A DNA stretch of 32,000 nt from Candidatus Saccharimonadota bacterium (GTDB lineage: Bacteria > Pseudomonadota > Gammaproteobacteria > Enterobacterales > Enterobacteriaceae), in NCBI RefSeq assembly GCF_023585745.1, contig NZ_CP097762.1, positions 570,001-602,000 of the forward strand, in the 5' to 3' direction. The translations under genes were made by a program, and so were the position numbers. Shown here one piece after another: positions 10,949-21,074 of the stretch. The notes under the pieces are model-generated. The model worked only from the letters and a program-made list of their open reading frames with translations. It was not told where the DNA came from and did no database searches. Positions within the stretch are counted from its first letter, which is position 1; every line of letters begins with the position of its first letter.

Positions 10949-11278
10949 TTAATCAGTATTAATTAAGCACGATGAAATATCACATGTATTATCTATAGAT
11001 AATATTGAAGGAGGGTATATATTCAAGCGTTTTCCTAATGTTTTATCAGATAACTCAGATGCAGTATTATTGATTAACGGAATGGTATAATCACTATTTA
11101 TATTCATAGTATCCGGCAAAAAATTTATATCTTTTGGTATCCTGAGATATGATAAAGGTTCAGTGTTCAAATACCAAAAATCTGGATCAAATTGATAATC
11201 CTTACCCTTATTATATATCCCAAAAGAACACGCTGACATTAAAATTAAAATAAATAACATTTCTAAAAATATTAACAT
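10949..11278 (-). CDS. bamC: Truncated outer-membrane assembly lipoprotein BamC (N-terminal segment only)
   Basis: It lies immediately downstream of dapA (24-bp gap), as bamC/nlpB does in E. coli. AAGGA lies 10 nt upstream of the ATG. It has a lipobox LMSAC after a hydrophobic leader. YL..PL..L..P.(n).DY.IP..N.(n).GK.L.I.PP aligns with E. coli BamC [48 protein letters not shown]. It is 109 aa versus about 344 aa in E. coli. Confidence 0.6.
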   Translation of the reverse strand: [109 protein letters not shown]

Positions 11279-11302
11279 GATTAATCAATCCTTTATTTTA
11301 TA

Positions 11303-12214
11303 TTAGTAATTATTATTACTACTACACTTGTTTTTATAAAACAACCCGGACTTTATTAAAGCTTTCTGCAATACATGACAGTATTTTTCTGATAAATTAG
11401 TCATAGGTAAACGCAAAGTATCATAAGATATTAAACCTAATTTCTTACAAGCCCATTTAACCGGAATAGGATTTGAATCTAAAAATAATGCATTATGAAC
11501 AGGCATTAAATTTTGATTGATCTTTTGAGCATTTACAAAATCGTTATTTTTTGCGAGTCTACATAACTCAGACATTGCTTTAGCAGCAATATTCGCAGTT
11601 ACAGAAATAACTCCAACCCCTCCAAGTTTTATAAAATCTAATGCACTTAAATCATCTCCACTTAATAAAATAAAATCTTTATGCACTAGTTGTTTTAATT
11701 GATTAACTCGATTTAACTGACCTGTAGCGTCTTTTATGCCTATAATATTTTTGATTTTTGCTAAACGAGAAACAGTAATGGGTAAAAGATCGCATCCAGT
11801 ACGTAATGGAACATTATATAATATTTGTGGCAATTTTGTATTTTCTGCAATTGCTTTAAAATGCTGATATAATCCTTCTTGATTAGGTCTATTATAATAT
11901 GGAGTCACACTTAAACAAGCTGCTACGTTACTATCATTAAATTTACTAGTTAAAAAAATAGCTTCCGCAGTTGAATTAGCTCCAGTACCTGCGATTACAG
12001 GTAATCTACCATTACTAAATTCTACAGTCCACATCACTACATCAATATGTTCAGTGTGTGTTAAACCAGACATTTCCCCAGTAGTACCAACAGATACAAC
12101 AGCCGACGTACCATTTATCACATGATAATCAATAAGTCTTTTCAAACTCACTTTATCAACTGATCCTTTTAAATCCATCGGGGTAATTAAAGCCACTATA
12201 CTACCCGAAAACAT
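11303..12214 (-). CDS. dapA: 4-hydroxy-tetrahydrodipicolinate synthase
   Basis: 303-aa ORF with [18 protein letters not shown], the YNRP motif region and the active-site Lys context IGIKDATG. This is typical DapA, and it shows dapA-bamC synteny. Confidence 0.96.
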   Translation of the reverse strand: MFSGSIVALITPMDLKGSVDKVSLKRLIDYHVINGTSAVVSVGTTGEMSGLTHTEHIDVVMWTVEFSNGRLPVIAGTGANSTAEAIFLTSKFNDSNVAACLSVTPYYNRPNQEGLYQHFKAIAENTKLPQILYNVPLRTGCDLLPITVSRLAKIKNIIGIKDATGQLNRVNQLKQLVHKDFILLSGDDLSALDFIKLGGVGVISVTANIAAKAMSELCRLAKNNDFVNAQKINQNLMPVHNALFLDSNPIPVKWACKKLGLISYDTLRLPMTNLSEKYCHVLQKALIKSGLFYKNKCSSNNNY

Positions 12215-12963
12215 GCACGATCATCTCCATTAATTAATAAATAAATAATAAAAAAAATTATTGCTCTATTTGTTAAATAATCAAGTAATATTGATTTTTA
12301 ATAAATAAAATTTAATATAACATCAATATTAAATAGAAATAATATTACACTTATATTGATATTATTTTATCAGAATACATACACTTAGGTAAATAAGTGT
12401 ATATAAACAAAATTGTATAATTAACTATATTACATTAATTAAAAATTATTTTCATTACATTTTTATTTATTAAGTAAATTATTTTATGTCAATAACATTA
12501 AATATATTCATTTATTTTTATGTAATAAATTTTTATAATTTAATAGTGCATATAATCTCTGTATTGTATAGTTACATAAACATAAAAATTATGTATTTGT
12601 TAATAAATAATAATAAAATATGAAATTTTACCATATAAAATATTAATAACATTTTTTCAAAATTATTTTTGTAAGTATAAAATTGATAATTTTTAATATT
12701 AAAATATTTGATTTTTAATATCTTTATTATGCATGTAAATTAGCAGTACAAAACAATTTATTAAAATAAAAATTTAATATTTCAACATATACATATGATC
12801 GAATTTACATCACAATAAAATTTTCTATCAAATGCAACAGAATAAAATAAATAATAACAAGTTATATGCATAAAATAATTATACATCAAAAACTTAAATA
12901 CATTATTGTTACTAAACATTCAATTTTTACGATACATTTATTAATAAAATCAATACGTTATTA

Positions 12964-13590
12964 TTATTTGGTACCAAATATTTTATCTCCAGCATCTCCA
13001 AATCCTGGAATAATATATCCATGCTTATTTATTTTGTGATCTACAGATGCTAAATACAACTCAATATCCGGATGTTTTTTCTCCAAAGCATCAATACCTT
13101 CTGGAGCTGCTACTATAGATAACACTTTTATATTGAAACACCCAGATTTTTTTAACAAATCAACAGCAGCAATTATTGAACCACCAGTTGCTAACATAGG
13201 GTCCAAAACCATAGCCATACGTTGACTAATATCTGACACTAATTTATAAAAATATGGGATTGGTGCAAGAGTTATTTCATCTCGATAAATGCCTATTATA
13301 CTAATGCGCGCGCTAGGTAAATGCTCTAAAACACCGTTCAGCATACCTAATCCAGCCCGTAAAATTGGTACGATTGTTATTTTTTTGCCTTTAATCCGTG
13401 TAATATTTACTAAACCACACCACCCTTTAATAGATACTAATTCTGTATCTAAATTATCAGTAGCTACATAGGTTAACAAACTACCTAATTCAGATGAAAG
13501 TTCTCGAAAACGTTTGGTACTAATACCACAGATACGCATCAGTCCTAACTTATGTTGCACTAAAGGATGTTTAACTTCAACTACTTTCAT
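12964..13590 (-). CDS. upp: Uracil phosphoribosyltransferase
   Basis: 208 aa: [17 protein letters not shown], the PRPP-binding region [11 protein letters not shown] and C-terminal [15 protein letters not shown]. It is near-colinear with E. coli Upp. Confidence 0.97.
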   Translation of the reverse strand: MKVVEVKHPLVQHKLGLMRICGISTKRFRELSSELGSLLTYVATDNLDTELVSIKGWCGLVNITRIKGKKITIVPILRAGLGMLNGVLEHLPSARISIIGIYRDEITLAPIPYFYKLVSDISQRMAMVLDPMLATGGSIIAAVDLLKKSGCFNIKVLSIVAAPEGIDALEKKHPDIELYLASVDHKINKHGYIIPGFGDAGDKIFGTK

Positions 13591-14009
13591 GTAAATTTGA
13601 TTACCTATAACTATGAATAGAAATACACAATCAATATTTTTATTTAAAATTTAAAGTATTCAGCATATACACAACCCTTATATATTTATAATTAATATAA
13701 TATAAACATTAAGTAATAAGAAAAGCATAACTTTTATTCAAAATAAAATATAAACAATATATTATAATTTATAAAAAATTTTTCTATTTGTTTTAATAGA
13801 AATTAACTTTTAAAGAATTATATTTTTAAAAAAGATGATAAATAAAATTTAAATAAGTTAAATTTTTTTCTAAAAAACATACAAAAATATTTTTAAAATA
13901 TATTTCCATAAAACTCTTTTATTTAAATTAAAATATTGATTATCTGCATTCATTATATGCATAAAATACAAATATTTTATATATAATCTTTATAATTTAA
14001 CAACTTAGT

Positions 14010-14040
14010 AATGTATATTATTATTATAATAATATACATT
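14010..14040. repeat. 31-bp perfect palindrome (15-bp arms plus 1 central nt)
   Basis: aatgtatattattat-t-ataataatatacatt; all 15 pairs were checked by hand and pairing fails at 14009/14041. It sits about 290 nt downstream of the ureG stop on the minus-strand transcript. Confidence 0.9.
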
Positions 14041-14327
14041 GTATTTATATGATAAATATTGTAAGACTAATTCATTTCAACTATATAAACACTACACATA
14101 CAAATATATAGTCTTAATACGATAATAATTTTATAGAAATAAAATCTCATTTATAAAAAAATTAAATTCAACACATATTGACGTCACTAACTTTAACAAT
14201 ATTAAATGTAATTAATTTACAAAATAAATCTGTACATTTCTTATGTATATTAATTTTCTAAAATACACTAAATTTTTAAAAATAAAACTTGTATAAAATA
14301 AAATATAAAATTTTTATATATTAATAC

Positions 14328-14936
14328 TTAATTAATAACTATAGAGAAAATATAATTTATAATAAATTTCACACCATACCCAGTTTTCAAATTAGTAAAG
14401 CACCAAGGTAAATTGTTTCTTAAGAAATTTATATCTGTGGTCATTAATTCTAATGATGCTCCTACATACATAGCTAAATCTACTTTATTAACTATCAATA
14501 AATCAGAGCTAGTAATACTAGGCCCGCCTTTTCTAGGAATTTTATCTCCTGCTGCTACATCTATAACATAAAAACTTATATCTGATAATTCTGGGCTAAA
14601 AGTAGCACTTAAATTATCTCCACCACTTTCAATAAAAATAATATCCAAATAATTAAATTTATGTATCAATTCTTCTATAGCTAATAAATTCATAGAAGCA
14701 TCCTCCCGAATAGCAGCATGAGGACAACTCCCAGTTTCTATACCAATAATACGATCTGATTCTAATGCCTTAGAATCTATTAAAATACGTTGATCTTCTT
14801 TAGTATAAATATCATTAGTAACTACAGCTAATTGATAATTATTTCCCATATTTTTACATAATACTTCCAATAATGTAGTTTTACCGGATCCAACTGGCCC
14901 ACCTACACCAATACGTAATGGTTTTTTATATGACAT
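14328..14936 (-). CDS. ureG: Urease accessory GTPase UreG
   Basis: 202 aa with P-loop [10 protein letters not shown], the nickel-binding CPH motif ([15 protein letters not shown]), ESGGDNL and NK.DL. It closely resembles recalled Klebsiella UreG. Confidence 0.96.
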   Translation of the reverse strand: MSYKKPLRIGVGGPVGSGKTTLLEVLCKNMGNNYQLAVVTNDIYTKEDQRILIDSKALESDRIIGIETGSCPHAAIREDASMNLLAIEELIHKFNYLDIIFIESGGDNLSATFSPELSDISFYVIDVAAGDKIPRKGGPSITSSDLLIVNKVDLAMYVGASLELMTTDINFLRNNLPWCFTNLKTGYGVKFIINYIFSIVIN

Positions 14937-15008
14937 ATCTTCTAAATACTCTCTTGTATTATAAGAAATATGAATATTTAATTACACTAAGCATTTTACA
15001 GAACATAT

Positions 15009-15710
15009 TTAAGAACGAAACAAACGACAATACTGTGTTTCATGACAAGCAGATGCAATAGATTGCAATAAAAAACTACTACCTAATTCACTATCTGATA
15101 TAGTTTTAGATTTTTCCCAAGCTTTAGGGAGTATTGTGATAAAATATCTTAATAAAGATTGAGCACTACTCTGACCAAACAACACTAATTTTAGTCCTAC
15201 CATTACAGACGCTTCCAACATATTATAAGCATATCCTAATGCTAAATTATGCAAAGGAATACCGCACATACACCCTAACCATGCTATTGATGCTAATCCA
15301 CTTCGTTCCAACGCTAATAACCAAATAGTATTATTTCTTTGATTAGTAAATAATGTTGGGTACCATTGCAATACTAATTTTTTCATAGCTTTTCCACGTT
15401 GTTGTTCTTCTAATCTAAGTTCATAAGTGTCACGATATGACAAAATATGTGATGTACATTGAAAAAAATTTTTTTCGTCAGAAATTTTTGTATAATAATA
15501 GCAACGTTTAAGCATAGGCCAATCCAAGTATACCAAAGTACCATTAATCCATTGCTCTTGCCAGGAACAAAAAGTTTTTTCAGAATTAACTAATTTGTAT
15601 TCTATAGCCCATTCTAATCCTCTAGAATACATAAAACCACCTACAGGTAAGTTAGAACTAATTAACTGCATTAAAAATAATAATGATACACTATTTTGTT
15701 TGATACACAT
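15009..15710 (-). CDS. ureF: Urease accessory protein UreF
   Basis: 233 aa. The N-terminal LMQL.SSNLPVGGF.YS.GLEWA is the UreF signature. It is located directly upstream of ureG. Confidence 0.9.
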   Translation of the reverse strand: MCIKQNSVSLLFLMQLISSNLPVGGFMYSRGLEWAIEYKLVNSEKTFCSWQEQWINGTLVYLDWPMLKRCYYYTKISDEKNFFQCTSHILSYRDTYELRLEEQQRGKAMKKLVLQWYPTLFTNQRNNTIWLLALERSGLASIAWLGCMCGIPLHNLALGYAYNMLEASVMVGLKLVLFGQSSAQSLLRYFITILPKAWEKSKTISDSELGSSFLLQSIASACHETQYCRLFRS

Positions 15711-15825
15711 AATAATTTATTTCATAAAACTACTTATAATACTTTTATTATACAAAAATAAACAATTAATAATATTAATTACGCGTTAAACATACATAAA
15801 TATTTCGTCTATATATTTCTAAAAC

Positions 15826-15859
15826 GTTTTTATCAAATATTATAATATTTGATAAAAAC
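15826..15859. repeat. 34-bp perfect palindrome (17-bp arms) in the ureC-ureF gap
   Basis: gtttttatcaaatatta/taatatttgataaaaac; all 17 pairs were checked by hand and pairing fails at 15825/15860. On the minus-strand RNA the hairpin is followed by GUUUUAG. The centre carries TATAAT on both strands. Confidence 0.9.
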
Positions 15860-16050
15860 AGACATATTTATAATGTATTATCTGCGTAACACATACAATC
15901 AATACATTTTATATGTATAATGTTTCTATACAAAAAAAAATAAAATGTTTCATTTATATTGATTTTGAATAAGTACTGTATAACTAATAACATAACGCTA
16001 TTTTGTATATAACACATAACTGGTTGTCTTAATAAAATATTTATATAAAC

Positions 16051-17760
16051 TTAAAATAAAAAATAACGCTGAGACATAGGCAAATCATCGGCTGGAGCAC
16101 AAGTTAATAATTCTCCATTAGCCCTTACCTGATAAGTCTGAGAATCTACTTCAATTATTGGCTGCCAAGAATTATTAACCATGTGTTTTTTTTGAATAGT
16201 TCTGCATTTACTAACTTTCCCAATTAAACTTCGCAAATTTAAATCACTAACTATATTAGAATCATATGCAATCTGAGATAAAAATGTCATGCGTGTAGAA
16301 TTGTTCGCTTTTCCATAGGCTCCAAACATTGATCGATAATGTACAGGTTGTGGCGTTGGAATAGATGCGTTAGGATCTCCCATCATAGAAGCAACAATCA
16401 TGCCCCCTTTAATAATCAATTCTGGTTTAATTCCAAAAAAAATAGGCGACCATAATACCAAATCTGCTAATTTTCCAATTTCAATAGAACCAACTTCATG
16501 AGCAATCCCATGAGTTATAGCAGGATTAATAGTATATTTTGCAATGTACCGTTTAATACGAGTATTATCATTATATTTATCATTATCTAACAACAATGGG
16601 CCTCTTTGTAATTTCATTTTGTGTGCAGTTTGCCAAATACGTAAAATGACTTCACCAACGCGCCCCATAGCCTGAGAATCAGAAGAAATCATAGATACAG
16701 CGCCAAGATCATGTAATATATCTTCAGCAGCAATTGTTTCTTTACGAATTCTAGATTCTGAAAATGCTATATCTTCGGGAAGATGGGGATTTAAATTATG
16801 ACATACCATCAACATATCTAAATGTTCATCTATTGTATTATTAGTATACGGCATAGTAGGATTAGTAGAAGAAGGCAACACATTATTATAACCACACATA
16901 CGGATAATATCTGGAGAATGTCCGCCTCCAGCCCCTTCTGTATGATAAGCGTGTATTGTTCTACCGTTAATTGCAGATATAGTGTCTTCAAAAAATCCAG
17001 ATTCATTTAAAGTATCAGTATGAATAGATACTTGAATATCGAAAGCATCTGCTACATTCAAACAACAATCAATGGAAGCAGGTGTTGCTCCCCAATCTTC
17101 ATGGACTTTTAAACCAATAGCACCAGCAATTATTTGTTCTTCTAACGCTTTAGGTAAAGAAGCGCTACCTTTTCCTGTCAATCCAACATTTACAGGCAGA
17201 GTGTCCACTGCTTGTAACATACGAGATAAAAACCAAGGTCCTGGAGTACATGTTGTTGCATTACTTCCAGTCGCAGGTCCAGTTCCACCACCAATCAATG
17301 TAGTAATACCCGAACATAATGCTTCTTCTATTTGTTGAGGGCAAATAAAATGAGTATGAGCATCTATTCCTCCGGCTGTAATAATTTTTCCTTCTGCTGA
17401 TATTATTTCCGTACCAGGACCAATATTGATTGATATATCAGGTTGTATATCAGGATTACCTGCTTTGCCAATGCCAGATATACGCCCATTATTTATACTA
17501 ATATCTGCTTTTATTATGCCCCAATAATCAATAATAATAGCATTAGTAATAACTAAATCAGCACAATTTACACTACTCATTTGCCCTTGACCCATACCAT
17601 CACGTATAACTTTACCTCCACCAAATTTTAATTCTTCTCCATATACAGTGAAATCTTGCTCTATCTGTATCCATAATTCAGTATCTGCTAGACGCACAGA
17701 ATCTTTTGCAGTAGGACCAAATAACTTAGCATAATCATATCGAGATAATATATTTGTCAT
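16051..17760 (-). CDS. ureC: Urease alpha subunit
   Basis: Conserved along its length: [14 protein letters not shown], the metal-ligand region GGIDAHTHF, the carbamylated-Lys context [16 protein letters not shown] and [12 protein letters not shown]. The track's GTG start at 17784 would overlap ureB by 20 nt. The ATG at 17760 ([16 protein letters not shown]) matches canonical UreC and lies 4 nt after the ureB stop. Confidence 0.97.
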   Translation of the reverse strand: MTNILSRYDYAKLFGPTAKDSVRLADTELWIQIEQDFTVYGEELKFGGGKVIRDGMGQGQMSSVNCADLVITNAIIIDYWGIIKADISINNGRISGIGKAGNPDIQPDISINIGPGTEIISAEGKIITAGGIDAHTHFICPQQIEEALCSGITTLIGGGTGPATGSNATTCTPGPWFLSRMLQAVDTLPVNVGLTGKGSASLPKALEEQIIAGAIGLKVHEDWGATPASIDCCLNVADAFDIQVSIHTDTLNESGFFEDTISAINGRTIHAYHTEGAGGGHSPDIIRMCGYNNVLPSSTNPTMPYTNNTIDEHLDMLMVCHNLNPHLPEDIAFSESRIRKETIAAEDILHDLGAVSMISSDSQAMGRVGEVILRIWQTAHKMKLQRGPLLLDNDKYNDNTRIKRYIAKYTINPAITHGIAHEVGSIEIGKLADLVLWSPIFFGIKPELIIKGGMIVASMMGDPNASIPTPQPVHYRSMFGAYGKANNSTRMTFLSQIAYDSNIVSDLNLRSLIGKVSKCRTIQKKHMVNNSWQPIIEVDSQTYQVRANGELLTCAPADDLPMSQRYFLF

Positions 17761-17764
17761 AAAA

Positions 17765-18079
17765 CTAATTTGAAGTAATAGCACCCATTATTAATTTACA
17801 AAACCCATAAATTTTACATGCATCTACATATGCAACCAATTCTACGTTTCTAGATTGCCCTGGTTCAAAACGTATTGCAGTACCAGAAGGTATATTTAAA
17901 CGAAATCCAAGCGTAACAACCCTATTAAATTTTAATGCAGTATTAACTTCATAAAAATGAAAATGAGAACCAACTTGTATAGGTCTATCTCCACAATTTA
18001 TAACTGTTACTAAAATTTTTTTTCTACCAAAATTTAATTCTATTTCTCCGTGAGAAATATGCCATTCACCTGGAACCAT
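17765..18079 (-). CDS. ureB: Urease beta subunit
   Basis: 104 aa, MVPGE......IELN.GR........[18 protein letters not shown], which is the canonical UreB pattern. Confidence 0.95.
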   Translation of the reverse strand: MVPGEWHISHGEIELNFGRKKILVTVINCGDRPIQVGSHFHFYEVNTALKFNRVVTLGFRLNIPSGTAIRFEPGQSRNVELVAYVDACKIYGFCKLIMGAITSN

Positions 18080-18112
18080 GTAATTTTATGTTAATTATTA
18101 ATAATATAATTT

Positions 18113-18415
18113 CTAAATAATAGGATCATGTATTGTTACTAATTTAGTACCATCCACAAAAGTGGCTTCTACTTGTATATTAGAAATCATCTCTGGTACT
18201 CCTAACATTACATCGTTCCTAGTTAATATATTTTTACCGAGCGACATTAATTCCGATACATTTTTCCCATCACGCGCTCCTTCTAATATTGTATAACTAA
18301 TTAATGCCACTGCTTCTGGATAATTCAATTTTAACCCTCTATGACGACGTCTTTCAGCTAATAATGCAGCTGTAAAAAGTAATAACTTATCCTTTTCACG
18401 TGGTAATAATTTCAT
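18113..18415 (-). CDS. ureA: Urease gamma subunit
   Basis: From the ATG at 18415, [38 protein letters not shown] ... VEATF.DGTKLVT.H.PI is canonical 100-aa UreA. The track's longer ORF (to 18466) would overlap ureD by 41 nt and adds non-homologous residues. Confidence 0.95.
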   Translation of the reverse strand: MKLLPREKDKLLLFTAALLAERRRHRGLKLNYPEAVALISYTILEGARDGKNVSELMSLGKNILTRNDVMLGVPEMISNIQVEATFVDGTKLVTIHDPII

Positions 18416-18425
18416 AGAAAACCCT

Positions 18426-19250
18426 TTACGTAAACCAAATGCGAGGTATAGTGACATCTTTTCCAATTACAGCAGGACGTACAATATACCAAATACGATG
18501 AATTAATTGTTTTATAAATTGATGATCCTTCCCTAATAACCGTACTATCAGTATAGTATCTAACAAAGATGCCCCACCGATATAAGAAGATCGTACAGGT
18601 TTAATTAATGTTCGTACTTTTTTTAATATTTCATAATCTGAAGGAATTGCAAATAACATAGCACTGATAAAAAATCCTCCTAATTTTTCAAAATATTCTA
18701 ATTCAGTCACTTTAAATCGATCTTGTAATCCAACAGAATTAGATATAATAACATTTAAATAAATATCTGTTTCTTCTGGATAAAGTAATACATGGGATGA
18801 TAGATACCCAAAACATAATGTTTCAAAAGCAATAACTCGAGCTCCTTCTTCTAAAATAAAAGTATTATGAATTTTTGCTTTTGTTTTAGGGAAAAAAATA
18901 CTACTTTGCGGAACCCACTCTAAGGTAGTATTTTTTCTTAATTTAAACATATTCGTTTGTTCAGCATAAAGACCATTGCTGCGATAAAATCTAGAAGCGC
19001 CAGGAGTTGTAAGTAGCGCGCTACTATTAGGTTCTAATTGAACATTTAGTATTAACTTATCTCCTCCCACTAAACCGCCTGGTGGATGTAATAAATAAAC
19101 ATGCGGAATATCATCATTTCTGGGATAAAAACATTTTTTCACATAGAAAGGACCAACATGCTGACATTTCGTCAAAACACTTATTCCTTGTTTTAATGAA
19201 AAATTTAACTGTAACTTCCCCAACCATACTTGACTCGAGTGTTTATCCAT
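18426..19250 (-). CDS. ureD: Urease accessory protein UreD
   Basis: 274-aa ORF directly upstream of ureA, at the position UreD holds in the Klebsiella-type ureDABCEFG order. The [12 protein letters not shown] motif is typical of UreD/UreH. Confidence 0.88.
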   Translation of the reverse strand: MDKHSSQVWLGKLQLNFSLKQGISVLTKCQHVGPFYVKKCFYPRNDDIPHVYLLHPPGGLVGGDKLILNVQLEPNSSALLTTPGASRFYRSNGLYAEQTNMFKLRKNTTLEWVPQSSIFFPKTKAKIHNTFILEEGARVIAFETLCFGYLSSHVLLYPEETDIYLNVIISNSVGLQDRFKVTELEYFEKLGGFFISAMLFAIPSDYEILKKVRTLIKPVRSSYIGGASLLDTILIVRLLGKDHQFIKQLIHRIWYIVRPAVIGKDVTIPRIWFT

Positions 19251-19274
19251 TAATTTTTATCCATAACACATAGT

Positions 19275-19303
19275 ATTATATGTAATAATTTTTACAATTA
19301 CAA
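19275..19303 (-). promoter_or_regulatory. Candidate sigma70 promoter for the ure operon (TTGTAA-N17-TATAAT on the minus strand)
   Basis: The reverse complement of 19298-19303 is TTGTAA, followed by a 17-nt spacer, and the reverse complement of 19275-19280 is TATAAT, 24 nt upstream of the ureD ATG. Such matches are frequent in AT-rich DNA, and read-through from guaA is equally possible. Confidence 0.25.
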
Positions 19304-19356
19304 TAATCACAGAAATTTTATATGTATAAATAATTGAATTACTGCTAAATATAAAT

Positions 19357-20979
19357 TTATTCCCACTCAATAGTTGCTGGAGGTTTAGAGGAAATGTCAT
19401 ATACTACTCTAGAAACACCTTCCACTTCATTAACTATACGATTAGATACTATACATAAAAAATCATAAGAAAATTGCACCCAATTTGCTGTCATAAAATC
19501 TGTAGTTTCTACCGCTCTTAGAACAATAACCCACTTATATTTTCTTTGATCTCCTTGTATTCCAACTGAATATACAGGTAAAAATACTGCAAAAGCTTGA
19601 CTCACTTTTTTATACCAATCATGCCGATGCAATTCTTCAAAAAAAATAGAATCAGCTTTTCTTAAAATTTCACAGTATTCTTTTTTTACTTCACCTAATA
19701 TTCTAACAGCTAAACCAGGACCTGGGAATGGATAACTATATACAATATCATACGGTAAACCTAAATTTAGTCCAATATTACGTACTTCATCCTTAAATAA
19801 ATATTTAATTGGTTCTAATAAATGAATATTTTTAATTCCAGTAAATCCGCCAACATTATGATGTGATTTAATTACATTTTTAAAAACAGAGAACGACATA
19901 CCGGATTCAATAACATCTGAATATATAGTACCTTGAGCTAACCATTTTATAGAAACTAAATTACTGATTTGCTCAGAAAAAATTTCTGTAAATACTCTGC
20001 CAATTATTTTTCTTTTTTCTTCTGGATTCGTAATACCAATTAAAGCATCTAAAAATCTTTTTTCTGCCGAAATACGAATAATATTAAAATTATAATGTTT
20101 AATACAAAAATCATAGACTCTATTAGATATAGAGTTATCCAGTAATAAACCATTATCTATAAAAATACAAATAAACCGGCGACCAATCGCATGATGTAAT
20201 AATATAGCAGTAACTAATGAATCAACCCCACCTGAGAATGCAAGTAATACCTGATCAGTTTTACCTACTGTAATACTAATTTTATTAATAATATCCTTAG
20301 TAATATTATTTATCTGCCAAGAAGATACACAACAACAAATTTCTTTAATAAAACGTTCTAAAATATTTTTACCTTTTTTAGTATGTGTTACTTCTGGATG
20401 AAATTGTATACCATATAAATTTTTGTCCTCATTAATCATAATAGCAACTTGTTGATTTTTATTGACACCCACAATGTTAAAGCCATCGGGAACAACAGTC
20501 ACTACATCTCCATGACTCATCCATACATCTATTATAGGATAACCCGTATCATCGTCAATATAATCATAAATATCTTTTATAAGAACATTGTCGGACAATA
20601 ACATAATTTCAGAACAACCAAATTCACGTTGCAACACTATATTCTTTACCGTCCCACCCAATTTGTACGCCATAATTTGCATACCTAAACAAATACCTAG
20701 TATTGGAATTCCTAAAGTAAACAAAGCATTAGGAATATTTGGATAAGAATTATTAACAATACTATGAGGACCGCCTGATAAAATAATACCATTAGGATTA
20801 AAATTTGATATTTTAGATATATCAGCATTCCAAAAAGAATAAGTTTCAGAGTATACACCCAACTCACGAATTCTTCTGAGTAATAATTGTGTGTATTGCG
20901 ATCCAAAATCAATTACCAATATACGATAAGTATCGCAACAATTATTATTAATAATAATTTTATTATTGCTGGTAATCAT
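19357..20979 (-). CDS. guaA: GMP synthase (glutamine-hydrolysing)
   Basis: 540 aa: ILV.DFGSQYTQL..RR.RELGVY, the GATase Cys in GICLGMQ, the ATP-PPase P-loop SGGVDS, KSHHNVGG and C-terminal KPPATIEWE. It is colinear with recalled E. coli GuaA. Confidence 0.97.
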   Translation of the reverse strand: MITSNNKIIINNNCCDTYRILVIDFGSQYTQLLLRRIRELGVYSETYSFWNADISKISNFNPNGIILSGGPHSIVNNSYPNIPNALFTLGIPILGICLGMQIMAYKLGGTVKNIVLQREFGCSEIMLLSDNVLIKDIYDYIDDDTGYPIIDVWMSHGDVVTVVPDGFNIVGVNKNQQVAIMINEDKNLYGIQFHPEVTHTKKGKNILERFIKEICCCVSSWQINNITKDIINKISITVGKTDQVLLAFSGGVDSLVTAILLHHAIGRRFICIFIDNGLLLDNSISNRVYDFCIKHYNFNIIRISAEKRFLDALIGITNPEEKRKIIGRVFTEIFSEQISNLVSIKWLAQGTIYSDVIESGMSFSVFKNVIKSHHNVGGFTGIKNIHLLEPIKYLFKDEVRNIGLNLGLPYDIVYSYPFPGPGLAVRILGEVKKEYCEILRKADSIFFEELHRHDWYKKVSQAFAVFLPVYSVGIQGDQRKYKWVIVLRAVETTDFMTANWVQFSYDFLCIVSNRIVNEVEGVSRVVYDISSKPPATIEWE

Positions 20980-21074
20980 CTATTAACAATCCATAAAGTC
21001 AATTATGATAAATTGTACCAATATTATTTCTGATAATAAGAAAACATTTAATTTTCACAAATAAATAATATAAT

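Noticed and set aside
13289-13471. ORF 13289-13471(+), antisense to upp
   Set aside because: It is a shadow ORF within a full-length, well-conserved upp.
15595-15789. ORF 15595-15789(+), overlapping the ureF 5' end and the ureC-ureF gap
   Set aside because: It is antisense to ureF for most of its length, low-complexity (I/L/K/N) and has no SD motif. It does not resemble UreE.
16822-17338. ORFs 16822-17010(+) and 17072-17338(+), antisense to ureC
   Set aside because: They lie inside the highly conserved urease alpha subunit gene. They are shadow ORFs.
17761-17784. N-terminal extension of ureC from a GTG at 17784 (MLLLQISF...)
   Set aside because: It would overlap ureB by 20 nt and adds residues absent from canonical UreC. 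The ATG at 17760 gives the conserved N-terminus.
18416-18466. N-terminal extension of ureA ([17 protein letters not shown]...)
   Set aside because: It overlaps the 3' end of ureD and is non-homologous. The ATG at 18415 yields the canonical 100-aa UreA.
19082-19273. ORF 19082-19273(+), antisense to the ureD 5' end
   Set aside because: It is a shadow ORF with no motif or SD support.
20712-20912. ORF 20712-20912(-), inside guaA in another frame
   Set aside because: It is on the same strand as the fully conserved guaA GATase domain but out of frame. Its hydrophobic low-complexity translation is an artefact of T-rich codon offsets.
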